Shown: positions 1-10,951, numbered from the stretch's first letter. The stretch: 64,000 nt of DNA from an uncultured Nitrososphaerales archaeon (GCA_963695855.1 CAVOHZ010000003.1:352001-416000); one strand, 5' to 3'. Numbers and translations: made by a program. Notes: generated by a model from the sequence alone, not told the origin.

Positions 1-1169
1 TTTTAGAAGACAAAGTAGATTATGCTGCGAAATTTGGAAAAATAGAATCTAAAATAATACAAAAAAGAATCCAGAATTACCTGGATCAGTTATTTCTTTA
101 TCGTTCTCGTATTTTAATTAGTGATCTCTATCTTGAAAAAATGGTATCGGAAAAGGGGAAAAGTATTCTTATTACAGGATCTCATGGCTTAATAGGATCT
201 GCACTTATTCCGTTATTAACGAATATAGGTGATCATAAGATTACTCGTCTTGTAAGAAGTACAATTAATAAAAGTAATCATTCTACTTCAAATGAAGCTA
301 ATGAAAAAATAATATACTGGGATCCTAAACATAAACAACTAAATCATCATGACCTTGAGGGGTTTGACATAGTCATTCATTTGGCAGGTGAAAATATTTT
401 TGGAAGGTGGACAAATACAAAAAAACAAAAAATATTTGATAGTCGTGTTGAGGGTACGAAACTTTTTGTTGAGGGTACGAAACTTTTGTCTGAATCTTTA
501 ACTAAACTATCAAATCCTCCATCATTATTAATATGTGCGTCAGCAATTGGATATTATGGAGATAAGCCCAACGAATATCTTACAGAGGATAACAATCCGG
601 GACAAGGATTTCTATCTGAGGTATGTCAAAAATGGGAAAATGCAACACTAGATGCATCTAAGGTAGGAATAAGAGTAGTAGATACACGTTTTGGTATCGT
701 ATTAAGTCCAAAAGGAGGAATTTTAAAAAAATAACTCACATCTTTCAAATTAGGTCTTGGCATATCAATTGGATATAAACATCAGTATATGAGCTGGGTC
801 TCAATAGAGGACGTTATAAAAATTATTTTTTATTCTATAATAAACCCATCAATCCAAGGAGCTGTTAACGTAGTATCACCAAATCCAGCTACAAATCTGG
901 AGTTTTCCAATATGCTCAAAAAATTATATAATACAAAGTTGTTAATATCAATCAATCAAAATATAACCGAACTCATTTTTGGACAAATGTCTGATGAATT
1001 ACTATCTACAATAGCTATGTCATTCCCAAAAAAGTTAGTTTCAACTGGATACAAGTTTTTTAATCCAGATTTGGAGGACACACTCAGATTCCTACTTGGA
1101 AAAATGAAATTAAATAATAATAATAGTCTTCAGAGATCAAATATGAAAAATCAAAACATGTCAAAATAA
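1..1169 (+). pseudogene. SRPBCC-domain/TIGR01777 (YfcH/SDR39U1-like) epimerase fusion, 5' end outside window, broken by an in-frame TAA
   Basis: Frame is open from nt 3 (LEDKVDY...LFLYRSRIL, SRPBCC C-terminus-like) into ILITGSHGLIG, HLAGENI, CASAIGYYG, VCQKWE. TAA at 732-734 is followed in frame by LTSFKLGLG..QYMSWVSIED (ORF 789-1169). A 21-bp tandem duplication (VEGTKLF/VEGTKLL) lies at about 447-488. Confidence 0.8.
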
Positions 1170-1496
1170 AAAAAACAAATATTAGGATAAATTATAATCT
1201 CGCTCAAATTGGTAAAACAAATGAATTAAGTCATGTAAGAATATAAGAATATCTTTTAATCCGATAGAGAGTAATTTCTCAGACCTATCTACAAATTTAG
1301 AAAAATAAGATTAGTTATGAATCAGTTTTTCTATTTCATTTCTTCATATTTATTAAATATAAATCATTATCCTAAATATTTTTTAATATCTTTTAAATTG
1401 TGTTGATGATGGTTTTAAACAAAAATAAACCTTAAAATATTTTGATTTTTGAGAAGTAAATCCATCTCCTGTATAACTATCAATAGTTAAATTATG

Positions 1497-1510
1497 CTAG
1501 TTGGCACTAT
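1497..1510 (+). promoter_or_regulatory. Palindromic motif CTAGT-TGGC-ACTAT, about 20 bp upstream of TTTTATAT box
   Basis: Matches the copies at 4757-4771 and 4918-4932 in sequence and in spacing to the TATA box. Confidence 0.5.
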
Positions 1511-1558
1511 GTTGTATATTACATCCATGTTTTTATATTATAAATCTGAATTCAGTTT

Positions 1559-2125
1559 ATGTTGAAACATGATCACAGCACGAGGAATATAATATTATAC
1601 TCTACGTTAGCAGGATTTATATCAGCTTGGGCAATTTCAGGATTATTAGTTATTGTTGATATTATATCACAAACACCAATAGGTACGTTCTTTGCAGTAA
1701 TAGGATCATCTCTTGGTTATTATGATACCTCTGTATCACAATATATTGGATTTGCACTACATATTGCAACAGGTACTGTAGCAGGTAATATTTTTGGTCA
1801 AATAGCTTTATTTTGGAACAAACTATTCCCATATAATTTCAAATTAGGAATAACTTATGGAGTAATAGTTAGTGTTTCTCTGTGGGCAATATTATTCCTA
1901 CCTCTAGCTACATTTGTAATTCAACCCAAACTCGATGCATTTGCACTATCTGCTCCAAATCAATATCTATTTATAATAGCTAACCACTTTCAAGGACTTT
2001 ATCCACTTGTCGCCATAGGATCTTTAGGATTTCACATAATATATGGAATTGTGTTGGGATTCATGATATGGAGAATGATCGATTTAAAAGTATTTGTACC
2101 AATCAACAGAGAACCAATACAATAA
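1559..2125 (+). CDS. Integral membrane protein (about 4 TM, with His residues in TM segments)
   Basis: 188-aa ORF with hydrophobic helices, ALHIATG and GFHIIYG motifs; TATA at about 1531. Confidence 0.75.
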   Translation: MLKHDHSTRNIILYSTLAGFISAWAISGLLVIVDIISQTPIGTFFAVIGSSLGYYDTSVSQYIGFALHIATGTVAGNIFGQIALFWNKLFPYNFKLGITYGVIVSVSLWAILFLPLATFVIQPKLDAFALSAPNQYLFIIANHFQGLYPLVAIGSLGFHIIYGIVLGFMIWRMIDLKVFVPINREPIQ

Positions 2126-2381
2126 TCTTTAAGATTTGGATACAGAAATATGAAAATCCTTGTTGCAACAAGCATGAAAACCCAGGAAACTACTTCACCA
2201 TTTTTTATATCTGTTATAATAAAAATGAAGATCGAAGATTTAACTAGTATCGTTGTGAGATGAAAATAAATATATAAATTATTTTATCACATTGAGGACT
2301 AATTAGAATGTTAAAAAACTATCGTTACTTTTTATAAAATGAAATTCTATTTTGAAAACAAACTATAAGTAAGAACTGTAT

Positions 2382-3755
2382 ATGTACAATAACAAAAATA
2401 AAAAACAACAAAATTTAAGAGTGCTAGTAACTGGAGCAACTGGATTTATTGGTAGTAGAATTGTTAAGAGACTTTTAGCCGATAGAAAATATTATGTTAG
2501 ATGTATGACAAGAAATCCCGATTGTATTTATGAACTTTTTAATTTAAGTGGTGATATCATAGATGTTGTAAAAGCTGATGCTTCAAATTATTTAGAATTA
2601 GTAGAAGCCCTAAAAGAGGTGGATGTGGCTTTTTATCTTATACATTCTATGGAAGGTTCATCAAAAAAATGGAAAGAATTCTCTAAAAGAGATAGAACTG
2701 CTGCTGAAAATTTTGCTAAAGCAGCCTCAATAACAAATACAAAAAGAATAATTTACCTGAGTGGTCTTATTGATACAGATCATAAGGATTTATCTGAGCA
2801 TATGAAAAGTAGAAAAGAAGTAGGAGATATTTTAAGGACTTCAAAGGCCTACGTTACAATATTTCGTGCTGCTGTTATTTTAGGTCAAGGAGGTGGTTCC
2901 TTTCAAATGTTACAATATCTAGTGGAAAGGCTTCCGATGATGGTATGTCCTAAATGGGTGTTGACTAAATCACAACCTATATCAGTAGATGATGTAGTAA
3001 CTTATTTAGTCAAGTCAATAGAAACCAAGGATACAGTTAGTCAAGATTATGATATAGGCGGACCTGAGATTCTTAGCTATGTAGATATGATGAAAAGATA
3101 TTCAAGTATTCTAAAAAAATCATTAAAAATCATTATTATTCCATTTTTGACTCCTAGGCTTTCCTCTTATTGGATTGATCTTATTACTCCTGTAAAAGCA
3201 TCACTTGCTAGACCATTAATAGATAGTTTAAAACATGAAGCAGTAGCTCATAATAATGAAATCCAAAAGTTAATTCCTATTAGACTAATGAACTTTGAAG
3301 AATCTATTAGAACTGCAATGAAAGAAGAAGTAAGAAGAACTAAGGTAACAAAAAAACAAAAAACATCAGACTCTCTTAACAGAACAATATTGTTTTTTTC
3401 ATTGATTTCTTTGGGAATAATTGGTTCAACATATTATTTTTTAGATAATAGAAGCGACATTGTAACCCCTCTCTGGATAATATTAGCCACTGTATGGTAC
3501 TTTGGAATTTTATTTGCTTTATTTTTCGTCAAAAATGGTGCAAGACTAGGTTCAATGGTAGGAGGTATTATAGGATGGATAACATTAGTATTCTGGTTAT
3601 TCAATAGCATACATTTGATAACTCATAATTTGATTGATTTCTCATCTCAAATTGTTGTGATTATGATTCGAAATTTTGTTGGAGCCATTGTAGCTGGATT
3701 GGTTATAGCTGCTTCCCATAATCTCTTCCATAAAATCAGAATATTAGGAAATTAA
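2382..3755 (+). CDS. YbjT-like NAD(P)-binding atypical SDR with C-terminal transmembrane domain
   Basis: VLVTGATGFIG, AFYLIHSM, LSEHMKSR, FRAAVILG, QPISVDDV, TPRLSSYW motifs; about 4 TM helices at the C-terminus. Confidence 0.85.
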   Translation: MYNNKNKKQQNLRVLVTGATGFIGSRIVKRLLADRKYYVRCMTRNPDCIYELFNLSGDIIDVVKADASNYLELVEALKEVDVAFYLIHSMEGSSKKWKEFSKRDRTAAENFAKAASITNTKRIIYLSGLIDTDHKDLSEHMKSRKEVGDILRTSKAYVTIFRAAVILGQGGGSFQMLQYLVERLPMMVCPKWVLTKSQPISVDDVVTYLVKSIETKDTVSQDYDIGGPEILSYVDMMKRYSSILKKSLKIIIIPFLTPRLSSYWIDLITPVKASLARPLIDSLKHEAVAHNNEIQKLIPIRLMNFEESIRTAMKEEVRRTKVTKKQKTSDSLNRTILFFSLISLGIIGSTYYFLDNRSDIVTPLWIILATVWYFGILFALFFVKNGARLGSMVGGIIGWITLVFWLFNSIHLITHNLIDFSSQIVVIMIRNFVGAIVAGLVIAASHNLFHKIRILGN

Positions 3756-3818
3756 AATAAAACAAGAAAATAAAATAAAATAATTTCTTAGAGACATATG
3801 GACATTAAGTTCCTCATT

Positions 3819-4706
3819 TCAATTATTCATTAGCGATTTCATAGTAGTAATTATATCATCAATTTTCCCGAGATCAAGATAAACCTTTTCATATTTTTCT
3901 AATAATTCAATTTGAGAGTTAGATGCTAATTTAATTGCATTACCTCCAACAACAATAGGATTATTAAAAGATTTACGAATTTCTTTTACTAATCTGGTTA
4001 CTGAACTTATATTTTCTTCTAACGTAACAGATATGATAACGAGACTGGGATTGTTATTATTCAAATACGAGTTAATAGAATTCGTTGGAAGAGGAGAGGT
4101 AATATTAAAAACTTCATAGCCTTTTTGAAGTAATAATGATTCAATGATTTTACATCCTATACTATGAAGTTCTCCTTCAGGAGTACATATTATTATTAGT
4201 TTAGGATTTAATGAATTTTTAGAAATTTTTTTATTAGCATTTTTTTGATTGATTAAATCAATTAGATTATTTACTGCATTACTGCATACATGTTCTGTTG
4301 CAACATCGATTTCTCCATTTACCCATTGATCACCTATCCTATATAATACAGGTATCAAGATTTTCTCATAAAAATCTAATAACGAATATACTGATTTTGT
4401 ATATTCATTGTATATGTTCATCAATTCATTTATTTGATACATTTTTAATCTTTCGAAAAGTGTTTCTTGTAATGTTTCATTTACTTTCATGGATTTTGAG
4501 AAATCAAGGTTATGGTGAGCCAAAAATTTTATAATTGCAGATTCATTTCGGTATTCTTCTGTAATTTTATTAATATTTATTTGAGATAGTGGACCTAAGT
4601 ATTGCTTCGTTATTTGTTGAGATGTTTGTTTTTCTTTATTCCATTTACTTTCAACAATATAAGCATAATCAATATTTTTTACTTTTTTTATTCTAATATA
4701 CACCAA
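3819..4706 (-). CDS. Cobalamin-binding (CarH/LitR-type) regulator with atypical N-terminal putative DNA-binding domain
   Basis: IGDQW-x9-EH (four-helix cap) and GELHSIG (ExHxxG) plus IISVT and VVGG Rossmann strands; N-terminus YIRIKKVKNIDYAYIVESKWNKEKQTSQQITKQYLG. Confidence 0.85.
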   Translation of the reverse strand: MVYIRIKKVKNIDYAYIVESKWNKEKQTSQQITKQYLGPLSQININKITEEYRNESAIIKFLAHHNLDFSKSMKVNETLQETLFERLKMYQINELMNIYNEYTKSVYSLLDFYEKILIPVLYRIGDQWVNGEIDVATEHVCSNAVNNLIDLINQKNANKKISKNSLNPKLIIICTPEGELHSIGCKIIESLLLQKGYEVFNITSPLPTNSINSYLNNNNPSLVIISVTLEENISSVTRLVKEIRKSFNNPIVVGGNAIKLASNSQIELLEKYEKVYLDLGKIDDIITTMKSLMNN

Positions 4707-4756
4707 TATGGTATAATTTTCAACTCTTTTATTTATATTTAGTGCATAACTGAACT

Positions 4757-4771
4757 TATAGTGCTAACTAA
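4757..4771 (-). promoter_or_regulatory. TAGT-N4-ACTA palindrome upstream of the B12-regulator promoter
   Basis: Minus strand reads TAGTTAGCACTATA, then about 19 nt, then TATAAATA; a weaker second copy CAGTTATGCACTA follows the first. Confidence 0.55.
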
Positions 4772-4917
4772 TATTTAGATAAAAGAATCCAATGTAATTT
4801 CAGAAATAATATATATAAAATAAGAAACATTGTACTAATAAATTTTAAACAGAATATTCTATAAAATAAAACTTTTATTTCTGCCATTTATTTAATAATT
4901 CAACATTTTCGTTCATA

Positions 4918-4932
4918 ATAGTTAGCACTATA
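4918..4932 (+). promoter_or_regulatory. TAGT-N4-ACTA palindrome upstream of ORF 4972
   Basis: TAGTTAGCACTATA (4919-4932) is the exact reverse complement of 4757-4770; TTTTAAATA lies about 20 nt downstream. Confidence 0.55.
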
Positions 4933-4971
4933 GAAGATAGTTTGTAGTCGTTTTAAATATTTATTTGCAAA

Positions 4972-5316
4972 TTGTACACTAGAGATATGAAACAGACTAT
5001 TGATTATCCACTAGAATTCTCTGTTAAGATGACTTTTGGCGAGAGTTACCTTGTAGGAAAAGCTTCTAGTAACGGTAGAAATTATAATATAAATATTCAG
5101 GGAGGACGAAAAGGAATAGTTTTACCTAGAGAAATGGTAAAAGCATTTGGTGAAGTTATTGTTAGCTTTTTTACTGAAAAGAAAAATGAGATAATGTTAA
5201 CTGCGAAAGTAGAGGCGGGTTTGGATTGGATCGAAATCTATGATGATTTCTTAATTTGGTCTTTGGCAAATGATCTCCCTATATCCATGATCATTGATTA
5301 TCAGAGATTGACCTAG
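4972..5316 (+). CDS. Hypothetical protein, divergent from the B12 regulator
   Basis: 114-aa ORF (ATG at 4987 is an alternative start) with normal globular composition and a TATA box upstream. Confidence 0.55.
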   Translation: MYTRDMKQTIDYPLEFSVKMTFGESYLVGKASSNGRNYNINIQGGRKGIVLPREMVKAFGEVIVSFFTEKKNEIMLTAKVEAGLDWIEIYDDFLIWSLANDLPISMIIDYQRLT

Positions 5317-5419
5317 AGTAAAGGCTTTGGTACGATCATTATTTTTATTTTAATCCTTTAACGTTTCTATCGTTTTTAATAATAAGAGCTATCCCTAATT
5401 CTCATCATATATCTTTCCT

Positions 5420-5749
5420 GAATCTATTGTGCCATGAATTAATTCTTTCTACAACCCATCGTCTTAATGGATGTTTTCTACAAAATATTTTTTCTTCTCT
5501 TTTGTGTCGGATATGTGGAATGTATGCTCTCTTGATGATTTCTGGTTCTACATTTTTGGAATGATATGCTTTGTCAAGACATAGATTCTGTTTCTGTTTA
5601 TGCTTTGGTTTGTATGATGGTTTTTTATAACTATACTATCAACTGTATCAATTGCAACAGTAACATCGTGAGTATTTGCAGATGTTATAACAGTAGATAA
5701 TGTAATACATTCTTTATCTGTAAGAATATGTCTTTTGGTCCCTAATTTA
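5420..5749 (-). pseudogene. IS5-family transposase C-terminal remnant
   Basis: Reverse complement aligns with 26440-26775 (KLGTKRHILTDK, SANTHDV, LCLDKAYHSK, RRWVVER). Confidence 0.85.
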
Positions 5750-5768
5750 GGTTCTGTTAAGTTAAGAT
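5750..5768 (+). mobile_element. Isolated IS6-like terminal inverted repeat truncating the IS5 remnant
   Basis: GGTTCTGTTAAGTTAAG, identical to the left end of the MITE at 12342. Confidence 0.6.
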
Positions 5769-6032
5769 TATTTTACCTCCAATATTGAATAGAAATTGCT
5801 TTCTGATTTTTGCATTAGATAGAAAAAATGAATAATTTGGTCCAATTGTATACATGTTGTGGATCACATTTTATATTTTTTTCTATTACATAATAATAAC
5901 TATTAAAAAATTTATTCTATATTTGGACTGATTCTATTTTCTATGTTGAAAAGAATAACTGGTCCTATTTTATAGAAGGGGAAAATTCATAGAATTATGA
6001 TGGGACCAAAATTCATGTCAAATTAGTTTCAC

Positions 6033-6049
6033 ATCCCACTGGCCCCATA
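6033..6049 (+). repeat. 17-bp direct repeat ATCCCACTGGCCCCATA (candidate attL)
   Basis: Exact copy at 18677-18693; lies 60 bp upstream of a recombinase gene. Confidence 0.7.
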
Positions 6050-6109
6050 GTGATATTAGTTCTCTAATTGGATTCACTCAAAGAAAAAGAAAGGTGAATC
6101 AAAAAAAAA

Positions 6110-6733
6110 TTGAAAATAGAACAAAAATTTGAAGAATCTAGTACATATTCACTATTCTTGTTTGCAATTAGATCAAATGTAACAAGAGACTATTATCTAA
6201 GAAGATTAAGGATTTTCTTTAATCATATTAATCTAGAACCTGATAAAACAATGGAAGAAAGATTTAATTACTTTGCTAGAAAAAGAACAAAAGATCCGAA
6301 TTGGGCATTTAATGCAGTAACAAAATTCTTGCAATTTCAAAAGGAAAGGGTTAAAATGGAAGAGATTACAGAAGCGACACTTCGTAATTTCATAAAAGCA
6401 ATAAAATTATTCTGTGAAATGTCAGATATCAAAATAGAATGGAAAAAGATAACTCGAGGATTACCAAAGATAAGAAGACATGCTGATGATAGATCACCAA
6501 CAATAGAGGAAATACAGAAAATTTGTGAATACCCTGATAGACGGATAAAAGGGATTGTCTATACAATGGCTTCATCTGGGATAAGACTTGGTGCATGGGA
6601 TTATTTATACTGGAAGGATATTCAACCAATAGAACGTCAAGGTAAAATCGTAGCAGCAAAAATTATTGTCTATGCTGGAGACGATGAAGAGTATTTTTCG
6701 TTTATAACTCCTGAAATTAGTAGTACAACCTAA
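6110..6733 (+). pseudogene. Tyrosine recombinase/integrase, C-terminally truncated
   Basis: WKKITRGLP, DRSPTIEEI, MASSGIRLGAWDYL (catalytic Arg), YFSFITPE, then ends before the HxxR and Tyr boxes; paralogue of 15953-16967. Confidence 0.85.
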
Positions 6734-6862
6734 AAAAAATTAATATATAATAGAATTCATTGTATTGTTGTTTTGCTGAAACTAGATTTAGTATTTCGAT
6801 TTGTGTCTATTAATAATGTAAAATCTCTTATTTCTTCAATAATATAGATATATTTTTTAATT

Positions 6863-8197
6863 TTATGAACCGGTTAAAATTTTTTGTTTCAACCACAATC
6901 TTTCAAAAAGTGCTATATAAGTTTGTAGATGTGTTTCTATATTAGTATGCATAGTGGTAAAAAATTCATCATTCTGTTTATCTTGTTTACCTTTTTCTAA
7001 TACCACTACTTCTTGTCTGTCTTTTATAAAAAATGAAATTTCTTCAACCTGTATACCAGGATTAACAATCTCTATCACTTCATTATCCTTCATTGAATCT
7101 ATTATCGATTTTTCAAATTTTCCTACAAATATTATTCTAATTGTTTTATTAGTTAGTGTCTTCAAATTTAAAACTATATCTTTTAATTCCTTGTAATCCA
7201 AGTATTGTGAATTTCCTAAAAAAATATCTAACTCCTCAGTAACATTCTTTATCATAGTCTTTAGAGCCGAATTAACTTGAGTACCAACTAGCTGTTCTAT
7301 AAATTCCTTGTTGGATTGTTCTTGCTGACTAGTATTTGATTGTTTATTTTTCATATATTCATCAAGTAGTACGGTATGAATTCCTCTATTTATAACGCCT
7401 AGAATTTTTATATAGTAAACAATGCTTGATAATAGGAATAAATAACTAAACGAGTAGAACATCTCCCACATCCATTCAGTATTTAGTATTAATTCGTCAC
7501 TTATTTGAGCTGCCAACGTATAACCTGCGTCTCCAATACTAAGAAATATCATGGATATTGAGAATAAGAACCAATGATAAATGTAAGGGTCTTTTTTGGA
7601 TAGACCAACTAGGTTCAGAATTGAGAGAATTAGTAATGAAATATCACCGATATAATATAATATACTATAAAGTATTTCGACCAGTTCGGTTTGAAAATCA
7701 AAATTTTGAAAATTCTGAATAAAAGGAAAAATAAGAATTAAAGGTATAATAATTGAAACAAACAAAATAATTTTTCTTTTTAATGGTTTTTTCTCTTGTA
7801 ATGTTCTAAATGAAGAATAGAGATTATAAATAAAAAATGTATATCCTATTAAAAAAATAATGTCGATATTTAATGGATACGGTACTGGATTTTTCAAGAT
7901 CAATTGATAAAATAAATATCCACCTTCTGATATTGTCCAAAATAATATTCCTAATGTGATAAACCGGATTCTTTTAAATTCGGGATTATTTCGTTTTCTA
8001 AAAAATAAGGAAATTGAAAAAATTAGACATGCTGTTAATAGTATAAAAGGAATTATATTGTTTATTTCATTTGTTCTTTTAGTATCTATCAGAAAAATTA
8101 ATACATATATAAAAAAAATAGTAACAGAAGCACCAGGAAGTATCCCAAATAAAATAAATTTAAATTCGGTATTATCTTTGATTATATATAAATCCAT
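6863..8197 (-). CDS. Multi-TM membrane sensor domain fused to cytoplasmic TrmB/PLD-like module, no kinase domain
   Basis: About 8 TM helices (LFWTISE, PYP..DIIFLIGY, SIGD) and a C-terminal FFIKDRQEVV...YIALFERLW motif. Confidence 0.75.
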   Translation of the reverse strand: MDLYIIKDNTEFKFILFGILPGASVTIFFIYVLIFLIDTKRTNEINNIIPFILLTACLIFSISLFFRKRNNPEFKRIRFITLGILFWTISEGGYLFYQLILKNPVPYPLNIDIIFLIGYTFFIYNLYSSFRTLQEKKPLKRKIILFVSIIIPLILIFPFIQNFQNFDFQTELVEILYSILYYIGDISLLILSILNLVGLSKKDPYIYHWFLFSISMIFLSIGDAGYTLAAQISDELILNTEWMWEMFYSFSYLFLLSSIVYYIKILGVINRGIHTVLLDEYMKNKQSNTSQQEQSNKEFIEQLVGTQVNSALKTMIKNVTEELDIFLGNSQYLDYKELKDIVLNLKTLTNKTIRIIFVGKFEKSIIDSMKDNEVIEIVNPGIQVEEISFFIKDRQEVVVLEKGKQDKQNDEFFTTMHTNIETHLQTYIALFERLWLKQKILTGS

Positions 8198-8602
8198 ATT
8201 GAAATTTAATCACCTGATATCCTAATATAGGTATTTATCTTAGGTATTTATCTGATAAATCTCTAATTTATAGATCCACAAAGTAATGTTACTATGGAAT
8301 GAATTTGGTTATTTGTTAGATTTCTTATTCTATTATTCTGTCTTCATACTCAATTCTATTTGTGCGTTCTACGCAAATAATTTCAATTAATAAAATTTAT
8401 TTTTTTGTTACCCTTTATCTGTAGTACTATTATCAGTTTTTTTAGATACTAAATCTTTTAGAACATTAGATATGATATGTTTTCTTTTAATATTTCATAT
8501 TCTTCCTTAGTTATCTTTCCTCCAATAAATTCATGTTTTAACATCCTTGAAATACTCATTACATTTTTAATAGAAATATCAGGTTAATCTGACAAATGAT
8601 GT

Positions 8603-9976
8603 TTAACTTACCTCCAATTTCGTTACGGTCTGGAGTAACCATAATTTTTCGAACGTTGTTATGTATATATAGGTTATCTCTTCGTTGTCAGAATAAGTTA
8701 CATCATACGCTGTATCCTTATTATAATCGATAAGATCCGTAGTCGAAACTAGTAGCAACTTATTATAGTCAGGCACTATCATGATATCATTATTCTCTAG
8801 TTTTCTTTCAAAGATCCGTACATGAGCAACCTCGCGATAACTATTAATAATTCTATCATCGACACCTAACGGGAAAAGAATTCTTACTAAAATATTTGAC
8901 CTTGTTTTTTTCTTCAAAAATTTTAGGATACTTTGTGTTTCTTTTCTTTTCAAGGTATTTATATTGCAGAACAAAATAGCGATCTCGTCTTTTGCGCCTT
9001 TTATTATTTCATCAATACCATTCTCAACCAATCTGAAATCTTGTATGTTTTCTTTATGCAATTGATCCTCTTCGGGAAGTTCACCTTTGTCCTTCACCGA
9101 AATATTATTCAGATATTTTGCCGCATAGTCTTCCATCATTGAATACTCCAAGTTTTCGCTTAGTATATGAGTTAGTTTGTAATACCAAAATAATGAGGCA
9201 AGAATACATAGATAGGAAAAAGCCCACATTGCTTCCCATATCAATTCAGTCTCTAAAAGAAATTCTTCATCAACAATCGCTATATTCAAATAGAAAAAAT
9301 CTGTGATAGTTGTTAATATCAGGAAAGAGGTAAATAATATCCAGTGATAGGTATAAGGGTTGTTTCTAGGTAACTTCGTTAGAATGAGAATCGAAAGAGA
9401 TAATAAAAAAATATCACTGTAGTTATTATTGGTACTAATCACAATATCAGGCCACTGGGATTGAAAATCTACTTCCTGGCTAAAAACTATGATAGTTGTT
9501 ATTACAGGTGATACAGATGCGAGTGTTATCACAAACGCAATCACCTTAGGTTTTATTAATCCATCTTTGTTTATAGTCTTAAATGATCTGTAGGTAAATA
9601 GAATTAGAGGTGCATAGCCTGCAACATAGAATATTTCCCCGACACCTGGGTATGGAGCATCCGTATCTAATACAATTTGATAAAATGAATATGTAAATTC
9701 ACCAAGAAACCAGAGAGTTATTCCTACGAAAAGCAGCTTAAATCTCTGAACTTCTTTTACTCTAGGATTTGAAAGTATTATAAACAAGGACATACAGGTA
9801 GATGATCCCAACAAAACTGCGGACGTTGTGCCTATGTATTTGTCGCCATCAATAACAAATAGTATTACATGTATAAACATGATAGCTATAGCTATAGTAA
9901 TTATAAATCCGAATAACAAATATCTCATTTCATCCTTAATTTTAAAAGCAGATTCAATATTTTTTGTTCTGCTCAA
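8603..9976 (-). CDS. Paralogous multi-TM sensor plus TrmB/PLD-like module
   Basis: Same architecture as 6863-8197 (LWFLGE, PYPGVGEIFYVAGY, PYTYHWILF, VRILFP, YITTFEKLW). Confidence 0.75.
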   Translation of the reverse strand: MSRTKNIESAFKIKDEMRYLLFGFIITIAIAIMFIHVILFVIDGDKYIGTTSAVLLGSSTCMSLFIILSNPRVKEVQRFKLLFVGITLWFLGEFTYSFYQIVLDTDAPYPGVGEIFYVAGYAPLILFTYRSFKTINKDGLIKPKVIAFVITLASVSPVITTIIVFSQEVDFQSQWPDIVISTNNNYSDIFLLSLSILILTKLPRNNPYTYHWILFTSFLILTTITDFFYLNIAIVDEEFLLETELIWEAMWAFSYLCILASLFWYYKLTHILSENLEYSMMEDYAAKYLNNISVKDKGELPEEDQLHKENIQDFRLVENGIDEIIKGAKDEIAILFCNINTLKRKETQSILKFLKKKTRSNILVRILFPLGVDDRIINSYREVAHVRIFERKLENNDIMIVPDYNKLLLVSTTDLIDYNKDTAYDVTYSDNEEITYIYITTFEKLWLLQTVTKLEVS

Positions 9977-10389
9977 TTAAATTCGCATCATTATGGTATA
10001 TTTTATAATATATATAGAATGACATTACAACACCAAGAACAAGAACGTTCTATAGGTTCAGATCTAGAAAAGATAACAATAAGTATTACGCATATAACGG
10101 AGCCAGTCTATGTTCTGAGTACGAGTTCCTATATAAAATATCTTCACACTCACATCTTGTAAACTCCCTTGTTTCTCTTCTAGCTGGTTTTAATCTTCAT
10201 TATAATTAGATCCTCTGCATTATTTTTCGTCGTCCATAGTGGACATAGCAATTAGTTTCACTTTGTTAACGTCTAGGTTATCACATTTACTAGATCGTTT
10301 GAGATATTCAGAAATAAAATCTCTGTACTTTAGTTTTAATTCTGTAGATAGAAACTCATAGGACCTTATGACGCGTCTACAATTCTTGT

Positions 10390-10951
10390 TTTCACAATGA
10401 CAGTGACAGTACCTCCAGTATTATCTTGACAAACAACCTCTTGAGCAACTCTCAAAGTCGTTGTTATTGGTTGAGGTCCTTCCTGTTCTTTTAACTGTTC
10501 ATTGTCATTAACATTTACACAGATATTTACGAGATTTCTGTCAAAGTTTATTCTATCTGCAAGTCCATTACCATTTTCTATGTTTGCTCAGTCTGGACCT
10601 GCTTCTTCATTTGCTGCTACTGCATCAACAGTGTCCTGGGGGTACCTCCGTAACATCTATACAGTTGATATTTAAGTTACTGTTAACACATTTTATTTTC
10701 TGGATATCAGTATGAGAACTCTCTTTTGGTTCCGAATAACTATAATAATTGCTATCGTAACCGTAATCCTTGGCGTACATTTGTGCCTGTGCATCTCCTA
10801 TTATTGATGGATTTAGAACCAATAGACCTGCTGCAACTATCAGTGCGATAAAAGCAAGAACTATCTTTTTATTATTGGTCATTACGTTGTTCAATGTGAT
10901 TTTAATATATCTATGGCTAAAAGGAACATTATCAGATTTTCTCATATTCAA
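10390..10951 (-). pseudogene. Secreted Nitrososphaeraceae-type protein, frameshifted
   Basis: Signal peptide (KKIVLAFIALIVAAG..AQA) and IQKIKCVNSNLNIN motif; homology appears to continue out of frame (LADRINFDRNLVNICVNVNDNEQ). Confidence 0.55.

Noticed and set aside
4757-4932. 176-bp MITE defined by a 14-bp inverted repeat
   Set aside because: A third copy at 1497 and constant spacing to three TATA boxes favour operator sites of divergent promoters; a MITE is not fully excluded.
6033-6049. tRNA gene at the 17-bp repeat (resembles a tRNA 3' end)
   Set aside because: No T-loop GTTC or cloverleaf upstream at either copy.
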